DNA of 63,986 bases, filler included, from Octopus bimaculoides (taxonomy: Eukaryota): the NCBI RefSeq assembly GCF_001194135.2. It is 7 parts of 6 records of this genome, joined end to end, with 100 filler letters (N's around TTAATTAATTAA, not from the genome) between each part and the next. Parts side by side here need not be neighbours in the genome. Positions count along the whole stretch, not along the records: positions 1 to 20,420 come from NC_068999.1; 6 more parts are not named here. One strand, given 5' to 3'. The position numbers and the translations under genes are program-made. The notes under the pieces were generated by a model that did no database searches, was not told the origin of the DNA, and saw nothing but the letters and a program-made list of their open reading frames with translations. Position 1 is the first letter of the stretch, and each line of letters opens with the position of its first letter. Below, piece by piece: positions 1 through 9,575 of this stretch.

Positions 1-277
1 AGATGGAAACTGAAAGATGCCTGTCGTATATATGTATATACATATATATGTATATGTGTGTATATGTTTGTGTGTCTGTGTTTGTCCCCCCAACTTCGCT
101 TGACAACCGATGCTGGTGTGTTTACGTCCCCGTAACTTAGCGGTTCGGCAAAAGAGACAGATAGAATAAGTACTAGGCTTACAAAGAATAAGTCCTGGGA
201 TCGATTTGCTCGACTAAAGGCGGTGCTCCAGCATGGCCGCAGTCAAATGACTGAAACAAGTAAAAGAGTAAAGAGTA
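1..277 (+). mobile_element. tRNA-derived SINE, family A, 3' part (head lies before the window start)
   Basis: Internal TA/TG tract, then 'gatagaataagtactaggcttacaaagaataagtcctgg...gactgaaacaagtaaaagagtaaagag'. The same tail recurs at 7228, 56114 and 62641. Confidence 0.85.
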
Positions 278-559
278 TATAAAATATAGAGAGATAAAAT
301 GCCTGTACATGGACACAATATAAAAATCAGGTTTTATCTGTGATATTGGGGGAACCAAAAGCGTAACAATATATGGCAAATTTAGATTCTTGCTATATAA
401 TACCACTCTATTGTGAGTTTATGGTGGTTTTGAAGCCTTGGCTCTGATTTTTGCTGGTGGTATTATATACCCCACTGAATCTAAATTTGCCTTATATTGT
501 GCATGTAACGGTGTGAACTTACTGGCCACCTTATTATTACCTTATTAATACCATCAATA

Positions 560-828
560 ACGGTAATAATACATCTTTATTTAAAATTTATTCTTGCTCA
601 CGATAGTTTTCTTTTAAACGGCGTAGGACGTTTACAGTAAGGAACACACACGAGCTACTGTAGTGAATATTTTAGTTATAGATGTTAAAATGTTATTTTC
701 AACTGAAGACCCCTGAGTACTTTGGTCATACAGAGGGTGAAATCAATTGGTATTGAAATATTCATAACTTACTGATGTATTTAACGCAAAGGTAAGCCTA
801 TTTCTAATATGTTCATTGCATTGCTCTG

Positions 829-830
<2 letters not shown>
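560..830 (+). mobile_element. Penelope-like element terminal (pLTR) remnant
   Basis: Contains a minimal hammerhead motif (697-758) and lies in a cluster with a GIY-YIG ORF fragment. Boundaries approximate. Confidence 0.45.
697..758 (+). ncRNA. Minimal type I hammerhead ribozyme motif, catalytic core intact
   Basis: Stem I tttcaa(697-702)/ttgaaa(753-758); CTGAAGA 703-709; imperfect stem II ccctg/cagaggg; GAAA 739-742; near-palindromic stem III loop tcaattgg; GTA cleavage triplet 750-752. Confidence 0.65.
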
Positions 831-878
<48 letters not shown>

Positions 879-887
879 CATCCATCC

Positions 888-930
<43 letters not shown>
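831..930. repeat. Compound microsatellite (CT)n-(CCAT)n-(CTAT)n
   Basis: Read directly from the sequence. Confidence 0.97.
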
Positions 931-931
<1 letters not shown>

Positions 932-932
<1 letters not shown>

Positions 933-1075
933 GTTGAATTTTATAGAAAAACAAAAGTCGAAGACAGGTGTATGAACAACAAGTAGATGTATTATTTTGA
1001 CGCTCGGGAAAGTGAAAAAGTCTTTTACGTTTCGAACCAAGAAAGGAATAAGAGAAAATAAACAGAGAGAATTTT
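932..1075 (-). mobile_element. Penelope-like terminal remnant
   Basis: Minus strand reads 'ttcgaaacgtaaaagactttttcactttcccgagcgtcaaaataatacatc', the GAA-ACGT-A half of a hammerhead with the upstream core missing. Abuts the (CTAT)n tract. Confidence 0.4.
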
Positions 1076-1264
1076 AAAAAATGTGGATTTAGCTGTCAAG
1101 CATGGCAGCTGATTAGAAAAAAGTTTGAAAGAAGTGGTTGAAAGAAGGAGAGATAATAAAGTATTGGTGATCCCAAAACGAAGGTGCGCATGCATGTGTG
1201 TGCATGTGAGAATGTGTAAGTGTGTATTTGTGGATAGGGGCTAGTGACTTTGATGTGTGTGGAT

Positions 1265-1539
1265 GTGTGCGTGTGTAAGTGTGTGCGTCTGTAACATGTG
1301 GCTGCTCATATAGTAGTATGTATGGTGACGCTATTGAAGATTGTGTGTGGGTGTGCGGATGATGGTGTGTTTTGTAGGTGCTGGGAAGTGGTCAGTGCTA
1401 GTGTGTGTGCGTGTGTAAATGTGTGCGTCAGTAACTTGTGGCTGCTCATATAGTGGTATGGATGGTGACGCTGTTGAAGATTTGTGTCGGTGTGTGGATG
1501 ATGGTGTGTGGGTGTGCAGATGATAGTGTGTAGTGTGGG
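1265..1539. repeat. Tandem duplication of a ~140-bp GT-rich unit
   Basis: 'gtgtgcgtgtgtaa...gtggctgctcatatagt...tggtgacgct..tgaagatt' starts at 1265 and again at 1405. Confidence 0.8.
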
Positions 1540-1589
1540 NNNNNNNNNNGGGTTGGTATCAATGAAGAGAGGTGTGAAAAGAGGAAATA

Positions 1590-1990
1590 GGTGTCAGATA
1601 AAGAGAGGAAAGGAGAGAAGTTGAGCCCATATGATGCAAAGGAGCGAAGAGAGAAGATTAATTCCTGATCACTGCGAAGGCGGGGGTCCGGATGGCCCCT
1701 GTGCAAAGACAGTCCGAACACAGACAGCTGTTGTACTGAATGACCGGTAAAGCAGAAATGGCGCGAGACGGGGGTGTCATTGCCGAGTCTGATGTCTCGG
1801 AGGTGCTCTACGAACTGGTCAGCCAAGCGGCGTCCCGTTTGACCGATGTACAGAGAAGGGCAGAAAGAGCAGGAGATGCAGTAAATGACGTTGCTAGAAG
1901 TGCAGGTAAAGGAGCCAGTGATATGATGGGATGTTGGAGAGGCAGGAGCAGGGGAAAGAGCCAGGCTGAGAGGTGGTGTTAGGGAAGAAA
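1590..1990 (-). mobile_element. Penelope-like retroelement, GIY-YIG endonuclease fragment
   Basis: ORF 1446-2009(-): FTCTSSNVIYCISCSFCPSLYIGQTGRRLADQFVEHLRDI...PVSRHF...GH...ELIFSLRSFASYGLN matches the PLE GIY-YIG pattern (NVIY-CxxC-YIGQT). Confidence 0.9.
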
Positions 1991-2249
1991 TTGTGAACCA
2001 AGGGGTCACTCTCTCTCTCCTTATTTACCCTTATATATTTATTTATTTATCTTCTTGGTTATTTTTGTACACTATATTCTTAGACACTATATTTTTATAC
2101 ACCTCATTTTATCCTTAACGCCAATCCTTAATATCCTCCCTCGCTCTCTCTACTTCTCTTTCTATTTATATATCTTTCTTTTTACCCTTTAATAGCTACC
2201 TCCGCTACCATTGAACGTTGATATGAACGTTGATATTGAACGTTGATAT

Positions 2250-2560
2250 GTTCGCGTCTATTTCTGGATATATACACTATCAAGACTTTAACCTACATGG
2301 ATTTACACAGGATTGCACCTAAGGACTCACGGACTTACTTCTACAAGATCGGAAATTTGAACTGTGAACATTTATGCTTCTTTTTTTCTTTCCTTTCTTC
2401 ATCTCCTTATTCCTTCTCTCCTGTCTTCTATGTCATTATTTCATTAAACTATACCCTTCTCATTTTCCCTACTTGTCTCCGATGACGGAAAATTCCATAC
2501 ACTGGGATATTCCAGAAACAGCTGTAAGACTTTGAATTTTTTCCCGAATAATAATAATGT
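2250..2560 (+). mobile_element. Second Penelope-like 3' end, opposite orientation
   Basis: Frameshifted 'FWIYTL..LHGF' resembles the GIY-YIG C-terminus (WIxxLxTLxPxGLN). It is followed by a pyrimidine-rich UTR and a hammerhead motif. Confidence 0.55.
2475..2530 (+). ncRNA. Degenerate minimal hammerhead motif
   Basis: Stem I gtct/agac; core cCgatga (U4->C); stem II ggaa/ttcc; GAAA 2515-2518; palindrome acagctgt; H17=A. Confidence 0.55.
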
Positions 2561-2770
2561 ATATGACTTGAAATGTTTGTCTTGCCTTAACGTTTGTTGT
2601 CCTCTTTAACAATTATATATCTGCTATATCGGAAACCGACAATAGCTCCATAACTACCATCTCGGAGTTTGAAAGAAGTGATCTTGGAGCCCTAGTAATC
2701 CGTTACAGCATTTACCTAGGGTATCCAATCGTTTTGATTACTAGTGAACTAAACCCCCATAATTTGTGTA

Positions 2771-3850
2771 TAAGGGGTTGGACAAAATAATGGAAACATC
2801 TAGCATCATAGCATCATAATTTTGAAATATCTATAAAACCATCAAAAGCTTGTTTATTTTTATGTTTTTATTTATTTATTATTAGTGTTCCTTTAATAAG
2901 TTTTGCTAAAATTGCTGTTTCTTTTCGGATATCATTAGAAAAAGGTAATTAAAATTCATTAAAATGACAGATCTATCGGACTTTCAAAGAGGTTGTATTG
3001 TTGGTGCTCGTATGGCAGGCGATAGCGTAACAAAAACAGCCGTAATGTTTGGTGTATCAAGAAGTACTGTCTCAAAAGTAATGAAAGTAATGAGAAAGAG
3101 GGAAAAACCTCCTCGTCGAAACAAAACTCCAGAAGAAAACCTAAATTTTCAGATAGGGGCCGTCGGACTCTTACGCGAATTGTTAGAAAGGATCGCAAAA
3201 GTACAGCTCCAAAAATGACTGCAGAACTTAATGACCACCTCGAGAACCCAGTTTTCACAAAAACTATTCGCCGGGAGCTGCACAAAGCCGGATTTCACGA
3301 GAGGGCTGCAATCAGAAAACCACTACTTTCAAAAACAAACGTTGCAAAGCATTTAGAATGGAATAAAAAACTTACAGAATTGGTCCTTAGAACAATCCTT
3401 TATCTTTTTTCCGACAACCGGCCGAGTATATGTGGGGACACAGCCAAAAGAAGCATTTGACCCAAACTGCCTTCTTTCAACTGTTAAACATGGAGCAGGA
3501 TCTGTGATGTTCTGGGGAGCTATGTCTTGGAAATCCGCCGGCCCAATGGTTTCCGAGGGAACAGCAATATTTCAGGGTGATAATGCACCAATTCACACAG
3601 CTAGAGTTGTTACTGAATGGCACGAGGAACATTCTAGTGAAGTTAAACACTCCCCACCACAGTCCCCAGATCTCAATATCATTGAACATTTATGGTGCAT
3701 TTTAGAAAAACAAGTAAGGAGTCGATATCCTCCACCATCATCACTACAGGAACTGGAGACTGTTTTAGCTCAAGAATGAACAAAAATTCCTGTGAAAACA
3801 ATTTAAACTTTGTACAAGTTCATACCTCATAGAATTCAAGTTGTAATTAT
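2771..3850 (+). mobile_element. Tc1/mariner (Tc1-like) DNA transposon; frameshifted transposase; right end missing
   Basis: Left TIR-like 'ta|taaggggttggacaaaataatggaaaca'. ORF pieces 2964-3779: DLSDFQRGCIVGAR...GVSRSTVSKV (HTH), RAAIRKPLL, VKHGAGSVMFWG, FQGDNAPIHTA...PPQSPDLNIIEHLW. Confidence 0.93.
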
Positions 3851-5400
3851 AGCAGGGAATTTCTCAGGATTGATGGGTTTGTAGAAGTCCAATAAAGACA
3901 AATTACTATATTTCGATTTTATTAAGTTATCCGACTGCAAGTCAATTAATTCTAATTATAAGGAACCCGAAGCCTCTTCAGGACACATATCAAAAGGTGT
4001 TTTAAAAACACGTAGTTCGATTTTACCTTGTATTTCTTCAAGTCTACTTTCAAATTTCTTCAAAAAGACTTTCACTTTCAAACTCGTCAGAATATTCCTT
4101 TGTTGATTCGAGATTTTGTCCGCTCAATTTCGGAAAACGTGTGAAGCACTTTCTTTTCAATTGTGACAAATAAATGAAGCATCGATTCAAAGCTTTTGAT
4201 ATGGTTATTAGCTGATTGGAGCCTTGTAGTTTCAAGTTCAAATTATTTAAACGACTAGTTATATCTACTAAAAATGCTAAATCACTTTGAAACTTTTTAT
4301 CTTCCAGTTCTACCATAAGAACAACTTTAATATCCATAAAAATTCTCACTTCTTCCTTCAGTTCATAAAATCGTTTGAGCATTTGGGCTTAACCACTTAA
4401 CTTCACAATGGTACAATAAATCCCCATATTCAGCTTCAAGATATTTCAAAACTTCTTTAAATTCCCTATTATTCAACTCCTTGCTTTTTATCAAATTAAC
4501 GGCCTTAGTTACAACTTTCATTATATTCCTCATCTTGAGAGATTTTGCACATAAACTTTCCGTATGAATAAAGCGGTGACACAGAATTAAAGTTTTCGGA
4601 TCCAAAAGACGCTTCTTAAATTCATTCTTAATCAGAGCTACGAACCCCTTTTCACGCTATCTGTTGCAAGACCACTCTTTTTTTCATATGGTAACTCAAA
4701 ATCTTTCAAGGCTGAGTTGACCATTTGGTATAAAATCTTCACCTTTAGTTAGTCCATGCATTGATTTCAAGGCAAGAAATTCTTTCCAAATGTTGAATTT
4801 TGCAGTTATTGCATGTATAAATAATGCCATTTTGAGCAGTGTTAAACAGACCAGTTGTCTCATCAATAGCTAATAAATACAATACGAATTCTGCTAAATC
4901 AGATTTAGAGAATTTTGAATGTCATCAGCAATATCGTTAATACGATTAGAAACAGTTCTTGATAAGCTAATATTTCCAAACAAATTAAGTTTTTCTGGCC
5001 GTATATTCTCAACAGCAATAAGGATACATTCTTTCACAAATTCACCATCGCTATGTAGTTTGAGGTTTTTAGCAATATTTTCGTATACCGCATAACTAGC
5101 TCGAGTAACTGATTAACTTTCAAGAAAGTTTGTCTTTTGGTCAGATTTTCTATCAGGGAGGCTGTCTTGTCAAAACATTCAGGTTCTTTCAAATTTCCAT
5201 AGGTCTTATGCTTACTCACAAAATGTCTCTCTATATTATATTTTTTATGAACGGCTATTTGTTCGTTGCAAATAAGACAAATGCACTTGTTATCTATTTC
5301 AATAAAAAAATAAAGCTTACTCCATTTTTCGTCAAACAAATCACGTTCACCAGCACTTTTTAGATAGGATTTTTATAACCGCTTGCTATATTGATAAGGG
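3851..5400 (-). mobile_element. hAT (Buster/Charlie/SPIN-type, GTF2IRD2/EPM2AIP1-like) transposase pseudogene, C-terminally truncated
   Basis: ORF pieces: FDEKWSKLYFF...CLICNEQIAVHKKYNIERHF; CHRFIHTESLCAK...AEYGDLLYHCEVKWLS; LKRFYELK...DLAFLVDIT..LNLKLQG; LELIDLQSD. The termini were not identified. Confidence 0.9.
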
Positions 5401-6185
5401 TATTGAAAAATGGATTTAACAAAATTAACAAAGTTGTAAACCGGTTAAATTTATATTATCACTTTCGGAATTTTTGTTATTACCGCTCTCTGGGGAAAAC
5501 AAAATCCAGCTGGCTCGTAGTCGTAATGTAAGCATTTAGTGTTTTAAAAATAGTAGAAAATAAAAAACCTGCAAAAAATTAAGATGTTTGATTCTGCTGC
5601 AAGGTTTAACTTGATTTTTCCCTCCCCCTTGTCCACACAGGGGTTGACAAGCGAGTGGATAGGAAAGGGCGATAACTGATAAGCCGATGGCAGATGATAG
5701 TAACTCCTGTTAACCTTCTTGACACCGACTGATAGCAAAGATGCGACACCCCTTTCGAAAAACGTTTTTTTTCACTGCTTTTTCAGGAAAAAAAGTTGGT
5801 AATATTTTTTTATAATCCTGTTCATAAAGCACCAAATTAGTAGTTTCTGTTTCGATGAAGCTTTGCCAATTTGTTTTTAATTTTTTATAGATTTTAAAAT
5901 ATTTTTTGCTTATCGATTGATAGAAAGAGAGTGAGTGTCGATTTCGGAAATTCTTTTCGTAAAACCGTGAAGAATGAAATAGGGAGGAAAATTTAAATAC
6001 TTGGGGTTCTTGGATATGAATGATTTTTACACTGTATCTTCTACAACTCTTCAGCTTTCGTTTCATATAAAAATCATTTCGATACATACAATATGTAATA
6101 CTTCGACCGTGCGAACCAAAGGAGATGGCGACGTAGAAGGGAAAAGGCTCCTTTTTACCATGTCGCACGGTTGAACACAAAATAA

Positions 6186-6219
<34 letters not shown>

Positions 6220-6223
6220 GGCT

Positions 6224-7170
6224 CGTCGTGAGAGATACGAGCAATAGTGCCAGTAAAAGAACAGATTAGGACAGACAACCGATATGATTTATAATTAGAG
6301 TAAGTTTATTAACATAGTGAAACTGTTTGTGTCTGTGTGCGCGTGCATGCGACATATAATTAACACAGTAGATAAGTCAGGCCTTCGTGTACAAGAGAAG
6401 GTATACAACAATGTGTAGTAACGGACAGTCGTATAAGCAATAGTATGTGTACAATATATGAGAGTACAAGTGTGCGTGTGAATGAGAGGAAACACAGAAC
6501 ATAGAAAGAGTGTCTGTAACATAGACTACGAGTCTCAAACACTGAGATAGAGAAATACTAGTTCGTATTAGAGTTACACAAGGAGATAGAATGTTCATAC
6601 GCAGGAAGTTGTGGCCAAGTAGCAGAGCTGTGGTATCACACTATGTGTGTTGAGCGTCGAATGCTGTGACCGTTTACCTGATACGGAATATTCCCGCTGG
6701 TTAGGTCTGACTGTTGCTCGTGAGTGGAAACAATCCCCTCAAGCAGGGTCGAGATAAAACCGAGTGTTGATATTGGTGTGTCCCTGGTGGTGGGGTTGTT
6801 GGCGCACGACATTGTGGTAGTCAGTACATAGGTGGTGAAGACGTAGCTGTAGCTGTGTTCTGTATGTGTGGTCAACGACCAGACCTGTGAGAGATCTGAA
6901 ATCGAAGACGATTGCCGTCGTTGGATCGGGCTTATTTATAGGCGAAAAAGGGCTCACCGGAAACCCAGAAAAACTCCTTCTCATGTGACTTTATCAGAAG
7001 CCACGACTGGACGTAATCCACCCCTTAGCAAGCAGAACATGGGGACAATTGCCGCGCAAATAAGAACCAATCAGGATGATGGACAGAAGGGTCCAAGGCA
7101 ACCGAAGGCTAGATGTTAGCAGCTTCGTTATCATTTATGATTGAATGCCCGAGAGAGAGGTTTCACTACA
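6224..7170 (-). mobile_element. Candidate solo LTR (~950 bp)
   Basis: Minus strand starts TGTAGTGAAAC (7170). CCAAT-type site aaccaatcag 7065-7074, TATAAATAAG 6931-6940(-) and AATAAA 6305-6310(-) fall in U3-R-U5 order. The 3' end is imperfect (...CACGACG) and no TSD was found. Confidence 0.4.
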
Positions 7171-7227
7171 AATATATTTTTAGATTTCTCAGCTAAAGTG
7201 TAGTTGGTTCTCAAGGGGGTGGTACAA

Positions 7228-7343
7228 ACCGATAGAATAAGTACTAGGCTTCCAAAGAATAAGTCCTGGAGCCGATTTGCTCGACTAAAAGCGGTGCTCC
7301 CACATGGCCGTAATCAAATGACTGAAACAAGTAAAAGAGTATA
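7228..7343 (+). mobile_element. SINE family A, 5'-truncated tail
   Basis: Near-identical to 160-277. Confidence 0.85.
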
Positions 7344-7499
7344 CGGGTGCAATAAAATGGCCTCGCAGACGCAATTGCGACCGCGGTCGAGGGTTTCTCT
7401 ACCTCTGGACTAAAACATTACCGCATCCTAAAGCTGACCCCAAGTAATGTTTATCTGATAGCACAAATAGTGCTGCAAGCTACCATTGCCAGTTAAGAG

Positions 7500-8985
7500 A
7501 TAGAAGGAGAAAAGAATGGCAGATGAGCTTGTTAATTATGAGGGAAATTCCTCTGATTTTCAAGTAAATGTGTTTAAACCTAAAAATGGATTTCATTGTC
7601 CAGTTACTGGCATCAAACTTTGTACAACACTAACAGTTGTCCATCAAAATTTAAAACTGCTGCAGAGAAGGGTCTTGAAGTTGAAGCATTGGAAGGTATT
7701 ATCAAATTGTTAACACAAATCAACAAAGGTCAAGAAAAATTGGAATTATTTCCTTTTGCTTCAAACTTTGATGTTGCTTAATGATGTTGAGAATAGGCTT
7801 CTAATTGCAACAACTGTAAAATTTTCAGCACTTGCCCAGTGTGTACTAAAAATTCTGGCATCCAACAAACTTCATGACAAAGCATAAGATAACATTTATG
7901 AATTTTATAATGTCATCTGCACACTATCAGTTCCCAAGTCCAATGTGAGAGGACATTTTCAAAGCTAAAGATCATAAAGACAACTTTGCAGTCTGAGGAG
8001 AACTTGAAACTATACATGTTGTAATCCATTGAAAAGGAATTTTTAGATGAATTGGATGCAGAAACAACTATAGAGATTTGCACAATCATCTAGTGAACTC
8101 AAATGATTACTCTTAATAAACTGGACTGCATGTAATACAATTTTGTGCTTTTGAAGTGTCTGTTAATGTGTAGAGTTTGCAGTACAAGTAAACTATTTAA
8201 AAATATCCACTAATTATTTCAAAAGCAAAAAAACTGGTACATGTATAATACATTGTTATTTTGGAAGCATAATGTTCTTTTGAAAATTTTATAATGGCCT
8301 TATAAAAAGAGTAATGTCAAGAGCAAGGAAAAAATAATGGAAGGAAATAAAATATCAAAAGTAGAAGAAATCAATACCATGTAAATTTATCCTCATTTTT
8401 AGAAGGGCTAGAGCAATCGAAGTGGTGGTGATAAAATTCTTGGCATATATACGTTTAATAAAAAAACAATATGATGTGTACAAGTTGTTTGAAAGAAATT
8501 TCCTCCACAAAGAGCAAACAAATAATCTATATGTATGAAGATGTAATATTGACTGCAATGCTATGATTTCCATTAGAAGATTTAACTATCTCTTTGACAG
8601 TAAAAAGTCTTCATTAAAGATATTAAAACTGATTTAAAGATTTATTGGACTTTATTTTTAGTTTGGTTAAAAATCTTCAAAATAACAGTATACTTAAAAA
8701 ATAACAGTATATCATACATTCACCCAAAAATTTATTTAAAAAATTCAATTATAACATTCTGTATTTGCATTTGGTATTAGTGTATACTGCCAGTAATATG
8801 TACAGTAGATGTACACTGTAGTTAGTGAAAAATATACATTTTTCACAAAAATGTTAATAGCACTTTTTAAGTATATTTTGAAAACTTTATTTATTCGTTA
8901 TAAAAATTAAATGATAGCGTTGTAGTTGCGGGTGGGTCCACTTTGTTTCCTAGCAACCAATATTTTTAGATTCAGTCTGCCACTG
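7500..8985 (+). mobile_element. Degenerate hAT element (dimerisation-domain remnant plus putative right TIR)
   Basis: ~7890-8115 translates with frameshifts to AxDNIYEFYNVICTLSV..CERTFSKLKIIKT..L..SIEKEFLDELD. It ends in 'ttcagtctgccactg' (reverse complement CAGTGGCAGACTGAA, a hAT-like terminus). Left boundary uncertain. Confidence 0.65.
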
Positions 8986-9031
8986 CATATATATACATAC
9001 ATGCATACATACATATATGTTATATATGTAT

Positions 9032-9309
9032 ATATATATATGATGGCTGTCCACTCGTGACCGAGGAAGACCATTGCCGACCTTCAGGAACATTGGGCGC
9101 TCTATGACTAACTTATATTTTGCATTTTCGGCTCCGTTGGTGGCTAATGAGCCCTGCTCTTGACAAGCATACATGACTGCAAGCATTGCAGACCAAGCTT
9201 TTCCCGTTCACTATACGAGCCGTGCGCTTTCGCGCAGCTCTCTTAAGTTCTTCATGCTGGATACGTGCTCTCTCAAGAGTGTCGATCCCCTCCTTAACCT
9301 GCTTCCTCT
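9032..9309 (-). mobile_element. RTE-clade LINE 3' end (C-terminus plus 3' UTR)
   Basis: Minus strand reads RKQVKEGIDTLERARIQHEELKRAARKR...CNACSHVCLSRAGLISHQRS. Confidence 0.8.
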
Positions 9310-9311
9310 AA

Positions 9312-9575
9312 TCATGTGAGACATGGACTCTGTACAAACGTCAGGTAAGGGTCCTTGAACACTTTCATCAGAGATGTCTCAGACACATTTTCAATGTTGG
9401 CTGAACCTCAAAAATTCCAGACACACAGGTCCTGAGGACAGGTGATATCTTGAGCATTGAGGTAATGGTGCACAAGCAACGGTTACGTTGGACTGGACAC
9501 CTTATTAGAATGAAGGATAGCAGGATTCCTAAGCAGATGCTCTACGGAGAATTTGTGAATGGAAGGAGACTCCGG
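9312..9575 (+). mobile_element. RTE-clade LINE RT C-terminal segment, inverted relative to the adjacent 3' end
   Basis: SCETWTLYKRQVRVLEHFHQRCLRHI...QRLRWTGHLIRMKDSRIPKQMLYGE. Confidence 0.85.

Noticed and set aside
5710-6100. piggyBac-like end 'ttaaccttcttgacacc'
   Set aside because: No matching right TIR or TTAA found nearby.
7370-7388. Adjacent 10-bp palindromes cgcaattgcg and gaccgcggtc
   Set aside because: Too short to distinguish from chance or transposon subterminal sequence.
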